From: a bacterium
GTDB lineage: Archaea > Thermoplasmatota > E2 > JACPAO01 > JAHFTW01
Reading direction: 5' to 3'
DNA: 64,000 nt
Assembly: GCA_040390065.1 (NCBI GenBank)
Contig: JAZJZE010000005.1
Location: 96,001-160,000 of the forward strand
Positions 28,659 to 38,118 of this stretch are shown here, in pieces. The stretch's first letter is position 1; the number at the start of each line of letters is the position of its first letter. The notes under the pieces are model-generated. The model ran no database searches, was not told the DNA's origin, and saw nothing but the letters and a program-made list of their open reading frames with translations. The position numbers and the translations under genes were made by a program.

Positions 28659-31600
28659 CTAGACGTCGGCCGGCGCAGGTTTCGCTTGCGGCCGGCGGCG
28701 CAGCAGGAAAGTCATGGCAACGCCGATCGCGACCGTACTCACGCCGATTGCCACAGGCAGGAGCCACGATGGACCCTCCGACGCCTGCGTGGCCAAGGTC
28801 TGCGGCCGTGCGGCTGCCTCGCTGACCGTCGCCGGCTGGCTCGACGAATCGAGTGCGGTTCCGGCCACGCGAGGCGTCATCTTGATCGTGTAATGGCCGG
28901 CCGCGGCGTACTGGTGCGTTGTACCGCTCGGGCTCGACACGATCTGGCCGTCCCCGAAATCCCACAGGAAGGAGTCGGCATCGACGGTGGGCGTCACGGT
29001 CACGGTGCCATCGGCGGCCATCGTCAATACGAAGCCGGAATCCGGCCCAAGCAGGGCTTGGATATCCGGCGCATCGACGACGACGACCTGCTGGGCGCTG
29101 GCGGTGGCAAAAGCGTCGCTGACGTCGACCGAGAACAGGTACGTGCCGGGCTCCGTAGGCGTGACACGCACGATGGCGGACGACGGGGAGGTGAGCGCCG
29201 TCGCAGGGCCCTTCCACTGCGTCCAATGGAATGCCAGGACGTCGCCATCCGGGTCGTTCGAGGCGGACGCGTCGAGTGTCACGAGGTCGCCGACCTGGAC
29301 ATGCGTCGCCGGCGCGGCCTTTGCGATGGGCGCCTCGTTGCCCGACTGCACGCTCACCATCACGCCGTCGGTGGCGTGCCGGCTGCCGTCATTCGCCTGC
29401 ACTTCGAAGTACAGGTCAAGGGGCGTCGTCGTGGCGGGCGCCGTGAAGCGGGCGGTCGCGCCGTCCGCGCCGGTGAGTGTGACGTGCGGCCCCATGGTCT
29501 GGATCCACGCCAGGCTTGCCGTCGAGGAACCCGTGACGCTGGCGCGCAAGTCGACGGCGTCGCCCGACGTCACGTGCAGCGTGGCCCCGGCTTCGACGGA
29601 CAGGGCCGGCGGTGGCGGATTGCTGCCGCCGTTGGACGAGCCCCCACTGGAGGACCCGCCGTTGGAGGACCCGCCGCTGGACGAGCCTCCGGACGAACCG
29701 CTGCCGGAATTGCCGCCGCCGTTGGCCGGGCCCGAGGGTGCGACCACGCTGATCGTGCGGCAGAAGAGGTTGCCCTTGGCGTTGAACTTGTCCGCGGCCA
29801 CCAGGCAAGCCTGGTAGCTGCCGACGGCGCCGTAGACGTGCGTCGTGGATGCCTTGTTGAAGGTCGTGCCGTCGCCGAACGTCCACGCCCAGCCATTGAT
29901 GAAGTCGCCCGCGTCCGTGTCGTTGGAGCTGTCGACGAACGTCACCGGGCTGCCGACAGGGACCGTCATGGGGTTCGCAGTGAAGCGCGAGGTGGGCGGA
30001 TGGTTGGGCTTGACCACGACTTGGCAGGTGGCCGTCTGCGCGGCGCTCGTCACCGTGATGGTCTTCGTGCCGAGGGTGGAATAGGAGGTCGTGAAGGTCC
30101 CGGTTCCGGCTCCTTGCGAGGCCGGCGTGCCGCCGCCCGTCCAGGCATAGACGCCGTTGCCGCTTGCGCCCGTCGCGACGGTGTTCTGGCCGATCACGAC
30201 GTTCGCGGGAAGTGCCGAGCAAGTGGGCGGTCCTGGCAGGCTCACGGTGACCGTGCAGGTGCCCGTCTGCGCATTGCTCGTCACGGTGACCGTCTTGGTT
30301 CCGGCCGTCGAGTACTGGGTCGTGAACGTCCCGGTGCCAGCCGTCTGCGTGGCCGGGGTGCCGCCGCCAGACCAGGAGTAGGTGCCCGTGCCGCCGCCGC
30401 CCGTGAACACCGTGTTCTGGCCGGTGATCACCGACGTCGGCGACGCGCTGCAGTTGGGGACCAGGGGAAGCGTGACCGTGACCGTGCAAGTCCCCGTCTG
30501 GGACGCGCTCGTGACGGTGATGGTGAACGTGCCGGCGCCTGGCCATTGCGTGGTGAACGTCCCCGTGCCGCTGGCCTGGGTGGCGGGCGAGCCGCCGCCG
30601 GACCAGGAGAACGAGCCGTCGCCAGCCGCCCCGGTCACGACCGTGTTCTGGTTCGTCGTGACCGTTGCCGGCGAGGCCGAGCACGTTGGTGCGGACGCTG
30701 CGCCAGCGGGCGCCTTGCATTGCTGCGGCGTCGTGAGTGCGCTCGTGTTGGGCGGCTTCGGCGTCAGCGTCGACGGTTCGGACGTGGGTGGCGTCCACGG
30801 CGACGAGAGGGTGTAGCCGTCATAGGAGCGGATCTGGTAGCAGTAGAGCGTCCCCGTCACGAGGCCTGGGCCGGCGTTGTTGTCGATGAAGCTGCAGCCG
30901 GCCGCCGGGCAGACGGTGTTGTCGCTGGCCACGTTCTTCACCCATACCGGGGCCGCCGGCGAGACTGCGCGGTAGATGGCGTAGCCCTTCACGCCGGAGG
31001 GTGTTGCACCCGATCCAGCGCTCGGGCAGTCGGCGCCGAACGTGGGGCAGTCGAACGCGGAGGGAGTCCACGTCAGCTTGAGCGTCGTGGCGGTGTCGGT
31101 TCCGACGACGAAGGCCGTCGGCACGGCGGGCTTGAAGTCTGGCGTCACGGAGGCGGCGCTCGTGCGCAGGCTCTCGCCGCCCGTGTAGGCAGGCTCGCCA
31201 GCCGGCGGCGCGGACGTGATGGCCGGCAGCTGCGGGCAATTGACGTTGGAGACCTTGTAGGAGTACGCGGTGCCGCTCGTCAGGCCGGTGTCGTCGTAGG
31301 TGAGTGTCCCTGCGGCCACGGTCGTGAGCAGCGTGAATGGGCCGCCCGAGCCGGTCGTGCTGCGGTAGACGTTGTAGATCGTGACGGGCTGGACGCCGAT
31401 GTCGCCTTGCGTCCACGTGAGGCGGATCTTGTTGTCGCCCATGGCCGCGGCGGAGAGAGTATTGGGTGCCGACTGCTGGATGAAGCCGTTCTGGCCGATG
31501 GTCATGGTGTTCGTGCCGGAGGAGTCGAACGTCCAGTGCGCCTGGTTCAGGTCCGCCGTGTAGTGGGCGACGCCCGTGTACACGGTCCCGCTTGCGGGCG

Positions 31601-32192
31601 GCGTCATCCCCATCTCGGTCCAGCTAATGGTGATCTTGACCTCGTTGCAGATCCATGATGGCACGAAGGTCATCGCCGTGGGACCGGCGCCGCCGACGCC
31701 GCAGGCGCCAGTGAACACGTTGTTCGTCGTCCAGCCGGTGCTGCGCCACACGGGAGCGACGCTCTTGCACACGTTGTTGCCCGTGCTGAAGGCAACGTTG
31801 TACGCGACGGAGTTGGCCGACGATGTGGCTGCAGGCGGGGTCCCGACAGGCGGCGACGGGGCGGCGTTGCCGTTGTTCGAGTCCATCTTGAGATAGAAGT
31901 ACACGTTGTTGGCGTCGGACTGGGTGCCGACGCGCAGGATGTCACTGGCGGGAATCTCTCCGGCCGGCGTGCCGGCTTGGGTGTCGCCCGCGACGTCGAC
32001 GAGGACGGCTTGCCCCGTGCCGCAGTTCTGGGCGGCCGAGCCGCTCGTGCAGGCGGGCGCGCCGGCCTGGACAAGGATGGCTCCAAGCGCGAGGGTCGCG
32101 GCGAGCGCGCCCAAGGCGATCAAGGTGAAGTGGAGGGCCCGCGGACTGCGGCGCTCGCCCTGGCCTGGCTCGTAAACGTAGCGGATTCCCAT
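28659..32192 (-). CDS. Surface array protein 6: fibronectin type III domains, three 77-aa Ig/PKD-like repeats, PKD cassette, TM anchor
   Basis: IRLTWTQ...YNVYRS...TYDDTGLTSGTAYSYKVS FN3 signature twice; 231-bp repeats; TM followed by RRR. Confidence 0.85.
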   Translation of the reverse strand: MGIRYVYEPGQGERRSPRALHFTLIALGALAATLALGAILVQAGAPACTSGSAAQNCGTGQAVLVDVAGDTQAGTPAGEIPASDILRVGTQSDANNVYFYLKMDSNNGNAAPSPPVGTPPAATSSANSVAYNVAFSTGNNVCKSVAPVWRSTGWTTNNVFTGACGVGGAGPTAMTFVPSWICNEVKITISWTEMGMTPPASGTVYTGVAHYTADLNQAHWTFDSSGTNTMTIGQNGFIQQSAPNTLSAAAMGDNKIRLTWTQGDIGVQPVTIYNVYRSTTGSGGPFTLLTTVAAGTLTYDDTGLTSGTAYSYKVSNVNCPQLPAITSAPPAGEPAYTGGESLRTSAASVTPDFKPAVPTAFVVGTDTATTLKLTWTPSAFDCPTFGADCPSAGSGATPSGVKGYAIYRAVSPAAPVWVKNVASDNTVCPAAGCSFIDNNAGPGLVTGTLYCYQIRSYDGYTLSSPWTPPTSEPSTLTPKPPNTSALTTPQQCKAPAGAASAPTCSASPATVTTNQNTVVTGAAGDGSFSWSGGGSPATQASGTGTFTTQWPGAGTFTITVTSASQTGTCTVTVTLPLVPNCSASPTSVITGQNTVFTGGGGTGTYSWSGGGTPATQTAGTGTFTTQYSTAGTKTVTVTSNAQTGTCTVTVSLPGPPTCSALPANVVIGQNTVATGASGNGVYAWTGGGTPASQGAGTGTFTTSYSTLGTKTITVTSAAQTATCQVVVKPNHPPTSRFTANPMTVPVGSPVTFVDSSNDTDAGDFINGWAWTFGDGTTFNKASTTHVYGAVGSYQACLVAADKFNAKGNLFCRTISVVAPSGPANGGGNSGSGSSGGSSSGGSSNGGSSSGGSSNGGSNPPPPALSVEAGATLHVTSGDAVDLRASVTGSSTASLAWIQTMGPHVTLTGADGATARFTAPATTTPLDLYFEVQANDGSRHATDGVMVSVQSGNEAPIAKAAPATHVQVGDLVTLDASASNDPDGDVLAFHWTQWKGPATALTSPSSAIVRVTPTEPGTYLFSVDVSDAFATASAQQVVVVDAPDIQALLGPDSGFVLTMAADGTVTVTPTVDADSFLWDFGDGQIVSSPSGTTHQYAAAGHYTIKMTPRVAGTALDSSSQPATVSEAAARPQTLATQASEGPSWLLPVAIGVSTVAIGVAMTFLLRRRPQAKPAPADV
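30010..30683 (-). repeat. Three intragenic tandem repeats with a 231-bp (77-aa) period
   Basis: Cys codons at 30683, 30452 and 30221 open units CSA.P..V...QNTV.TG..G.G...W.GGG.PA.Q..GTGTFTT...G..T.TVTS..QT.TC.V.V. Confidence 0.85.
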
Positions 32193-32303
32193 GCGACCTA
32201 CCAACCCTACCCGGAGTCGGACTGGGCGTATTCAAGCCTTCCCCACGGGCGCCGTTGACGCGGATGGGGGCCGCAGGCACGGTGGAGGGGGCGCGCCGGG
32301 CGA

Positions 32304-35015
32304 CTACTTGCCCTGGCGGTGCCGGAACGCCCACACGAACAGACCGGCCACCAGGACGGCGCCGATGCCCGTCCCCAGGAGCATTGCCCAGAGGGGCATG
32401 CCGGAAGCGGGCTGCGCCTGTTGCCCGATGGACGACGAGACGGGGACCGTCGGGGTCACGTCCTGGCTCACGGGGTCGGCGTCGCGGCCGAGGCGCAACT
32501 CGACGGTGTAGGTCCCTGCCGCCGTGTACTTGTGCGTCACCGTGGGCGAGGCCGTCGTCTTGGTGTCCATGTCGCCAAAGTCCCAGACGTATTCGTCGGC
32601 GGCGCCATTGGCGGCAAACAGCACGGAGCCGTCGGGTTGCGGGATGGCCTTGAAGGACGTGGGAGGCGGCGGCGCACCTTGGAGCCAGATCCGGACGGTG
32701 TCCACGGAGCGGTAGTAGCCGTCGGTGGCCGTGACCTGCAAGTCGACGAAGGACGAGGGCGTGTCGGCCGGGATGTCGAGCGACAGCTTGGCGCCGTTGG
32801 CCGGCAGGCCCGGGAGGGGCAAGCCGCCGGTCTGCGTCCAGGCGAACGTGAGGGCGTCGCCATCGGCGTCCGACGAGGCGCTGGCGTCGACCGAGACGCG
32901 GTTGCCCTTCGTCACGGTGACGTCCTTGCCTGCAACCGCTTGTGGCGGGTGCTGGTTCTTCGTGACGACGCTGACCTGCACCGTGTCCTCGAGCGAGTCC
33001 ATCGTCCCGTCCGAGACCTTGGCGGCAAAGACCAGGACGACGGGCTGCAGCGGGTTGGCCGCCGCCGGCGCCGTGAATTCGGGTTCGGAGGTGTCGGTGC
33101 GCGTCATGGCGACCGTCGGGCCGCTCACCTGGCGCCACATGTACTGCAGCGCGCTCGTGGAACCGCTTGCACTGGCCGAGAGCTTGACGTGCGAGCCGTC
33201 GGGGACGGCCTGGTCCTCGCCGGCATCGACGGTGGGTGGGCTGTTGCCCGGTGTGCTGCCACCCTCCGGCGCCGGCGGCGGGTTCGCCGAGCCCGGTTGG
33301 CCCACGACCACGGTCTGGTCGAGGAAGGAGGCGCAGCTCACGGAGTCGAAGACGCCGAGGCGGACCTTGTAGTCGCCCGCGGCGAGGAACGTGTGCGACA
33401 GGCTTTGCGTGGTCGACGTCTGGCCGTCACCGAAATCCCAAGCCCATTTCTGGATGGTCGCGCCGCCGCCGTCCGTGCTCAAGTCGGAGAACGACACGGG
33501 CTCGCCGGCTTCGATGGCGCCAGTCGTGAACATGAAGTTGGCGTGCAGGAACGGGCATCCCGAGCCGTCCTCGATTGTCACGGCCGGGCAGTCGACGGCG
33601 GTGCTCCAGGCGCCGCCGTTGTCGCGCACCCGAAGCGTCGGAGTGTACGTGCCGGGGGTGGTGAAGGTGATGGCCGGGCTCTGCACGGACGAGGTGGAGG
33701 GCGAGCCGCCGGGGAAGTTCCAGTCCCACTGCACGACGGTGCCGTCGGAGTCTGCCGAACCGGTATCGGAGAAGGTGACGGGGAAGCCGGTGACGTAGGG
33801 CGCCACCGTGGTCGCCGCGCAGGCCGCCGTGGGGCTCTGGTTGCCCGGAGCGCCGCATGCGTCGACCGTGAGGGTGACGGTTGCCGTGCCGCTCTGGAAC
33901 GCCGTGCCGGGGGAAACCTGGTAGGCGCCCATCGGGTCGTCGACCTTGTACGTGAACGTGGTGGATCCGCCGCAGAACGTACCGGGGTCGTACGTGAAGC
34001 CGCCGTCGGTGCCGAGGGTGAGGGTGCCCTTGCCCGCCGGCACGTCCGTCACGAGGACGGCCGTCTTCTGCGCGCAGGGGAGTTCGTCCTTGTCGTTGGC
34101 AAGCACTCCGTCGCTGGAGATGTAGAACGGGATGCCAATCTGGGCGCCAGGCTGCGTCCCTCCCGCGACGGTCAGCGGCGTTCCCGCGGCGACCGAGTAC
34201 GAGTCGTCGGCCGCGACCGGGGCGGCGTCGAAGATGGGGGTGAAGCGGACGCCGTAGTTGGACAGCGTGGTGCTGCCGAAGTCGCGGTAGATGCCGCCCT
34301 GCCAGCCGAAGCTGCCGTCGTAGGCGCTTTCGATGCCGAGGATGCGGCCCAAGCCGCCCCACGCCGTGCCGACGTTGCCGTTGGAATTCTGGACGTGCAC
34401 CTCGACGACGGAGCCGGCTTCGTGGAGTTGGATCTCGAACTGGTGGCCGGGGTAGCTGAAGGCGAAGCTGCCGGTTGGCGGCGCCTCGGGGCTCTTCTCA
34501 AGACCCTCCCATGCGAACGTGTAGACGCGGTTGCCGGCCGCGCCGGTGACGCCCGAGACCAGGGCGCCGCCGTCGGAGGGGTCCCAGTCATACCACAAGC
34601 CGGCGACGACGGTGTTGGGGGCTCCCGCGTTCGGCATCTGCTGACCCTGGTAGCCGGTCGTCGACAAACCGGCCGGGTCGAGGGTCATGATGCCATTGTC
34701 CGAGGCCATCATGGTGGAATACGGTTGGCCGAAGTACGTCATGGTGAAGCCCAAGGGATCCTGCTGGGTCGTGACCTCGTCGATGGCGGGGACCCAGTTG
34801 GAGTCGCCCGGTTCGATCCAGCTGTAGACGCCCACGTTCGTGTAGTCGTAGCGCAGCTTCTTGGCGGCGTCGCACCACGTGCCTGTACCGGACGACATCA
34901 CGGTGGCGCTGACCGGGTGGGGGGCCACCACGACGAGGGCACCCACGACGAGGAGGGCGCTCAGCCAGGCCGCCGCCATCCATGACTTGTTCTCCGGAGT
35001 GGATCGTCCCGACAT
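32304..35015 (-). CDS. Surface array protein 7: nidogen-like head, Big_9 domain, extra PKD, PKD cassette, TM anchor
   Basis: ATG at 35015 (MSGRSTPENKSWMAAAWLSALLVVGALVVVAPHPVSA); LGFTMTYFGQPY...SDNGIM...VVAGLWYDWDP; TM followed by RHR. The ORF-track extension to 35921 overlaps gene 8. Confidence 0.85.
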   Translation of the reverse strand: MSGRSTPENKSWMAAAWLSALLVVGALVVVAPHPVSATVMSSGTGTWCDAAKKLRYDYTNVGVYSWIEPGDSNWVPAIDEVTTQQDPLGFTMTYFGQPYSTMMASDNGIMTLDPAGLSTTGYQGQQMPNAGAPNTVVAGLWYDWDPSDGGALVSGVTGAAGNRVYTFAWEGLEKSPEAPPTGSFAFSYPGHQFEIQLHEAGSVVEVHVQNSNGNVGTAWGGLGRILGIESAYDGSFGWQGGIYRDFGSTTLSNYGVRFTPIFDAAPVAADDSYSVAAGTPLTVAGGTQPGAQIGIPFYISSDGVLANDKDELPCAQKTAVLVTDVPAGKGTLTLGTDGGFTYDPGTFCGGSTTFTYKVDDPMGAYQVSPGTAFQSGTATVTLTVDACGAPGNQSPTAACAATTVAPYVTGFPVTFSDTGSADSDGTVVQWDWNFPGGSPSTSSVQSPAITFTTPGTYTPTLRVRDNGGAWSTAVDCPAVTIEDGSGCPFLHANFMFTTGAIEAGEPVSFSDLSTDGGGATIQKWAWDFGDGQTSTTQSLSHTFLAAGDYKVRLGVFDSVSCASFLDQTVVVGQPGSANPPPAPEGGSTPGNSPPTVDAGEDQAVPDGSHVKLSASASGSTSALQYMWRQVSGPTVAMTRTDTSEPEFTAPAAANPLQPVVLVFAAKVSDGTMDSLEDTVQVSVVTKNQHPPQAVAGKDVTVTKGNRVSVDASASSDADGDALTFAWTQTGGLPLPGLPANGAKLSLDIPADTPSSFVDLQVTATDGYYRSVDTVRIWLQGAPPPPTSFKAIPQPDGSVLFAANGAADEYVWDFGDMDTKTTASPTVTHKYTAAGTYTVELRLGRDADPVSQDVTPTVPVSSSIGQQAQPASGMPLWAMLLGTGIGAVLVAGLFVWAFRHRQGK

Positions 35016-35086
35016 ACCGACCAAGCGGGGACCAAGTCTCCTACGATTAAAGCGTTCCCGAGTCGGCCGTCCACTGTCGCCCGGAG

Positions 35087-38050
35087 TTAGCGGACGTTGC
35101 GATGGCGGATGGCCCACACGAACAGGCCGGCAAACAGGACCGCTCCAACCGCAAGACCCGCCCAGAGGGCCCACGCCGCGTTGCCGCTCCCCGTGGGCTC
35201 GACGTGGGCGACAGGCGTCGCCTGGGGCACGGTCGGGGTCACGTCCTGCTGGACCGGCGTCGCATCGGCGCCGAGGCGCAGTTGCACCGTGTACGTTCCA
35301 GGCGACGTGTACTTGTGGCTCACGGAGGCGCCCGTTGACGCCGCCGTCGCCGTGTCGCCGAAGTCCCAGATGTACTCGGCCGCTTGCGCGTTGGCGGTGA
35401 AGCGCACCGAGCCGTCCGCCTGCGGCGCGGCTGAGAAGCCTGAGGCAGGTGCCGGCGCGGCCTGCAGCCAGATGCGAACCGTGTCGGCTGCGCGGTAATA
35501 CCCGTCGGTGGCCGTCAGCGTCACGTCGACGAAGGCCGCCGTCGTTCCCACCGGAATGGCCAAGGTGAGCGTCGAACCGGACGCGGGCAGGCCCGGGATG
35601 GCGTCGCCGCCGTCTTGGGCCCAGGCATAGGAGAGGGCATCTCCGTCGGGGTCGGATGAGGCGCGCGCGTCGAGCGTGGCCGTGCCGCCCTTGGCGACCG
35701 TGATGTCCTTCCCCGCCACGGCGATGGGCGCGTGCTGGTTCTTGGTGACGATGGTGATCTGCACGGTGTCTTCCTGCGATTCCATGGTCCCATCCGAGAC
35801 CTTCACACCGAAGGTCAGTGGCAAGGGCTCGAGCGGGCTGGCGACGGCAGGGGCCGTGAACTCCGGCTCCGCAGTGTCGGCGAATGTCAGCGTCATGGCG
35901 GGACCGGCCAGCTGGCGCCAAGAATACGTGAAGGACGCCGTGGAACCGCTGGCGCTTGCCGCGAGCTTGATGTGGGCTCCCTCCGGAGCCGTCTGGTCCT
36001 CCCCGGCGTAGACCGTGGGCGGAGCGTACCCTGGTGTCTGCCCGCCTTCGCTCGTGCTTGGCGGCTCAGATTGGCCGGTCACGGTGACGTCGACGGTCTG
36101 CTCGGCGATGTCCGTGCACGGGAGGTCGTCGACGATGCCCAAGCGCACCTTGTACTGCCCCGCCGCGAGGAAGGTGTGCGACAGGCTCTGCAGGTTCGAC
36201 GAGTATCCGTCGCCGAAGTCCCAGGACCAACTCTTGATGACGTGGCCGCCGCCGTCCTTGCTCACGTCGGAGAAGGAGACGGGCTCACCGGCCTCGATGT
36301 GGCCCGCCGTGAAGATGAAGTTCGCGTTGAGGAACGGACACGCGCCGTCCACGACCTCGACCGTGCAGGTGGCCGTCTGCGTGGCACTCGTCACGACGAC
36401 GCTCTTGGTACCCACCGACGAGAAGGTCGTGGCAAACGAGGCGCCCGAACCCGTGGCTGGCGAGTCGCCGCCAGTCCATGCAAAGGTGCCGTCGCCGCCG
36501 GCGGCGTTGACCGTCGCGGGCAGACCCAGGGCCACGAATTGCGAGGCCGGCGTGCAGCTTGGCGCTCCGGGCAGGCTGATGGTGACGATGCACGTGCCGG
36601 TTTGCGCGTTGCTCGTGACCACCACGCTCTTCACGCCAGCCGTGGAGAACGACGTGGAGAAGGACGCGCCGGAGCCCGTCGCGGGCGAGCCGCCGCCAGT
36701 CCACGCGTACGTGCCGTCGCCGCCCGTCGCCGAGAAGGCCAGTGTCTGGCCGGTGACGCCGGTTGCGGGCCCCGAGCACGCCGTCGGCGTGGGTGGCGTC
36801 GTGTCGACGATGTTGACGTTCACCGTGATGGTCGGGTTGTCGTAGCCGTCGTCGAGCCGGTACGTGAAGCTGCAGGTGCCGACGTACGTGGCCGGCGGCG
36901 TGTAGGTGAGGCTCTTGCCGCCGTAGTAGTAGAGGGGGCTGTAGGTCGGCGACGCCGTCGGCATGAATCCGGCAAGGCTGCCGGCGCCGCCGCACGCAGC
37001 GCTCGGGTTGCTCACCCAACTGTACCGCTTGGGGTCGTTGGAGTCGAGCGACCATGCGAGTGATGTTCCCTTGTTGATGGTGACCGTCGTGCTCACCGCG
37101 CCCGTGCATTGCGGGTACGGGGACGTCGCGGGACATGCGGGTTCAGCCCCGTTCTGGAAGAAGCGCCAGCCCTTCGAGATGCATTCCATGTTCTGGCCCG
37201 TGGGGCAGTTCGGCCAGCCATCGGCGCTGCACGGCCCAGCCGCCCACGCATCAATGAGGCCAGGGCCGCCTGGACCTGCGTTGCCGACCACAAACGGATG
37301 GCATGAGATGACGGCCTGCGACTTGACGTCGCCCGCGTCGGCGCATTTGAGGTGGAATTCGAAGACGTCGGAGTTCGGGATGAGCTTCAGTTCGAAGGTG
37401 CTGCCGTACACCGTGCTGGTGATGGATTCACACCGCGCCTTGGTGGTGCACTCGCCCCCCTCGCCGTACCCGGAGACATGGTTGAATTCCATGAAGTACG
37501 CCGTCGAATCGTCGGCGGCCGCCGGCGACAACGTGGCCGAGCCGACCAGGACCTGGCCAGTGCTCGGGTCGTCCGGGTCGGCGGACGCACCGCCCGGGCA
37601 CAGGTCGCCCCAGAACGGCGCGATCATGGCCGAATTGGGCCAGAAACTTGGCACGTTGCTGGGCGCGTAGCTCTGCCCGGTGCCGGAGAACGAGAGGAAG
37701 CCGTTGGCGGAGACGTAGCCCGAACTGTACGATCCGCCGTAGTAGTTGAACGCGGGAAGGTTGACGAAGCACATGTCCTCGTCGAACGCGCACCCGGTCT
37801 GCACGAGGTCGGTGATGCCGGACCCCGCGACGTACTGGAAGCTGTACAGGTTGCCTTGGACGTTGTCTACGCCGACGTAGTTCGCCGAGTCGGGGCCGGC
37901 CACGACGCTGGCATCGGCATTGGTTGCCGTCCACGTCAAGACAGCGACAAATCCCGCCAGGGCCAGGATGGCAATGCGCCAAACGCGCGGGCTTCGTACA
38001 AGCTTCGCAGGACCACCGAGGACTCCCATGGGTTCCAACCACGCGGGCAT
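35087..38050 (-). CDS. Surface array protein 8: Cys-rich nidogen-like head, two 74-aa Ig/PKD-like repeats, PKD cassette, TM anchor
   Basis: FNYYGGSYSSGYVSANGFLSF...MIAPFWGDL; repeats homologous to those in gene 6; cassette nearly colinear with gene 7. Confidence 0.85.
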   Translation of the reverse strand: MPAWLEPMGVLGGPAKLVRSPRVWRIAILALAGFVAVLTWTATNADASVVAGPDSANYVGVDNVQGNLYSFQYVAGSGITDLVQTGCAFDEDMCFVNLPAFNYYGGSYSSGYVSANGFLSFSGTGQSYAPSNVPSFWPNSAMIAPFWGDLCPGGASADPDDPSTGQVLVGSATLSPAAADDSTAYFMEFNHVSGYGEGGECTTKARCESITSTVYGSTFELKLIPNSDVFEFHLKCADAGDVKSQAVISCHPFVVGNAGPGGPGLIDAWAAGPCSADGWPNCPTGQNMECISKGWRFFQNGAEPACPATSPYPQCTGAVSTTVTINKGTSLAWSLDSNDPKRYSWVSNPSAACGGAGSLAGFMPTASPTYSPLYYYGGKSLTYTPPATYVGTCSFTYRLDDGYDNPTITVNVNIVDTTPPTPTACSGPATGVTGQTLAFSATGGDGTYAWTGGGSPATGSGASFSTSFSTAGVKSVVVTSNAQTGTCIVTISLPGAPSCTPASQFVALGLPATVNAAGGDGTFAWTGGDSPATGSGASFATTFSSVGTKSVVVTSATQTATCTVEVVDGACPFLNANFIFTAGHIEAGEPVSFSDVSKDGGGHVIKSWSWDFGDGYSSNLQSLSHTFLAAGQYKVRLGIVDDLPCTDIAEQTVDVTVTGQSEPPSTSEGGQTPGYAPPTVYAGEDQTAPEGAHIKLAASASGSTASFTYSWRQLAGPAMTLTFADTAEPEFTAPAVASPLEPLPLTFGVKVSDGTMESQEDTVQITIVTKNQHAPIAVAGKDITVAKGGTATLDARASSDPDGDALSYAWAQDGGDAIPGLPASGSTLTLAIPVGTTAAFVDVTLTATDGYYRAADTVRIWLQAAPAPASGFSAAPQADGSVRFTANAQAAEYIWDFGDTATAASTGASVSHKYTSPGTYTVQLRLGADATPVQQDVTPTVPQATPVAHVEPTGSGNAAWALWAGLAVGAVLFAGLFVWAIRHRNVR

Positions 38051-38118
38051 CCGACTTGGCCTACTTAGCAGTTGCGCGGCCGCCTCCTGGAGGGGGGCCT
38101 ACGGTGGTCCTCGTCTGT

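Noticed and set aside
29610-29730. Short 15-bp-period repeats (GGSSS/GGSSN codons) and other Gly-rich repeats as a CRISPR or phase-variation tract
   Set aside because: In-frame linker coding; no unique spacers and no cas genes.
35016-35921. N-terminal extension of ORF 32304-35921, which could suggest a frameshift fusion of genes 8 and 7
   Set aside because: The extension is an off-frame reading of gene 8; gene 8 has its own TM and stop, and gene 7 has its own signal peptide and AT-rich box.
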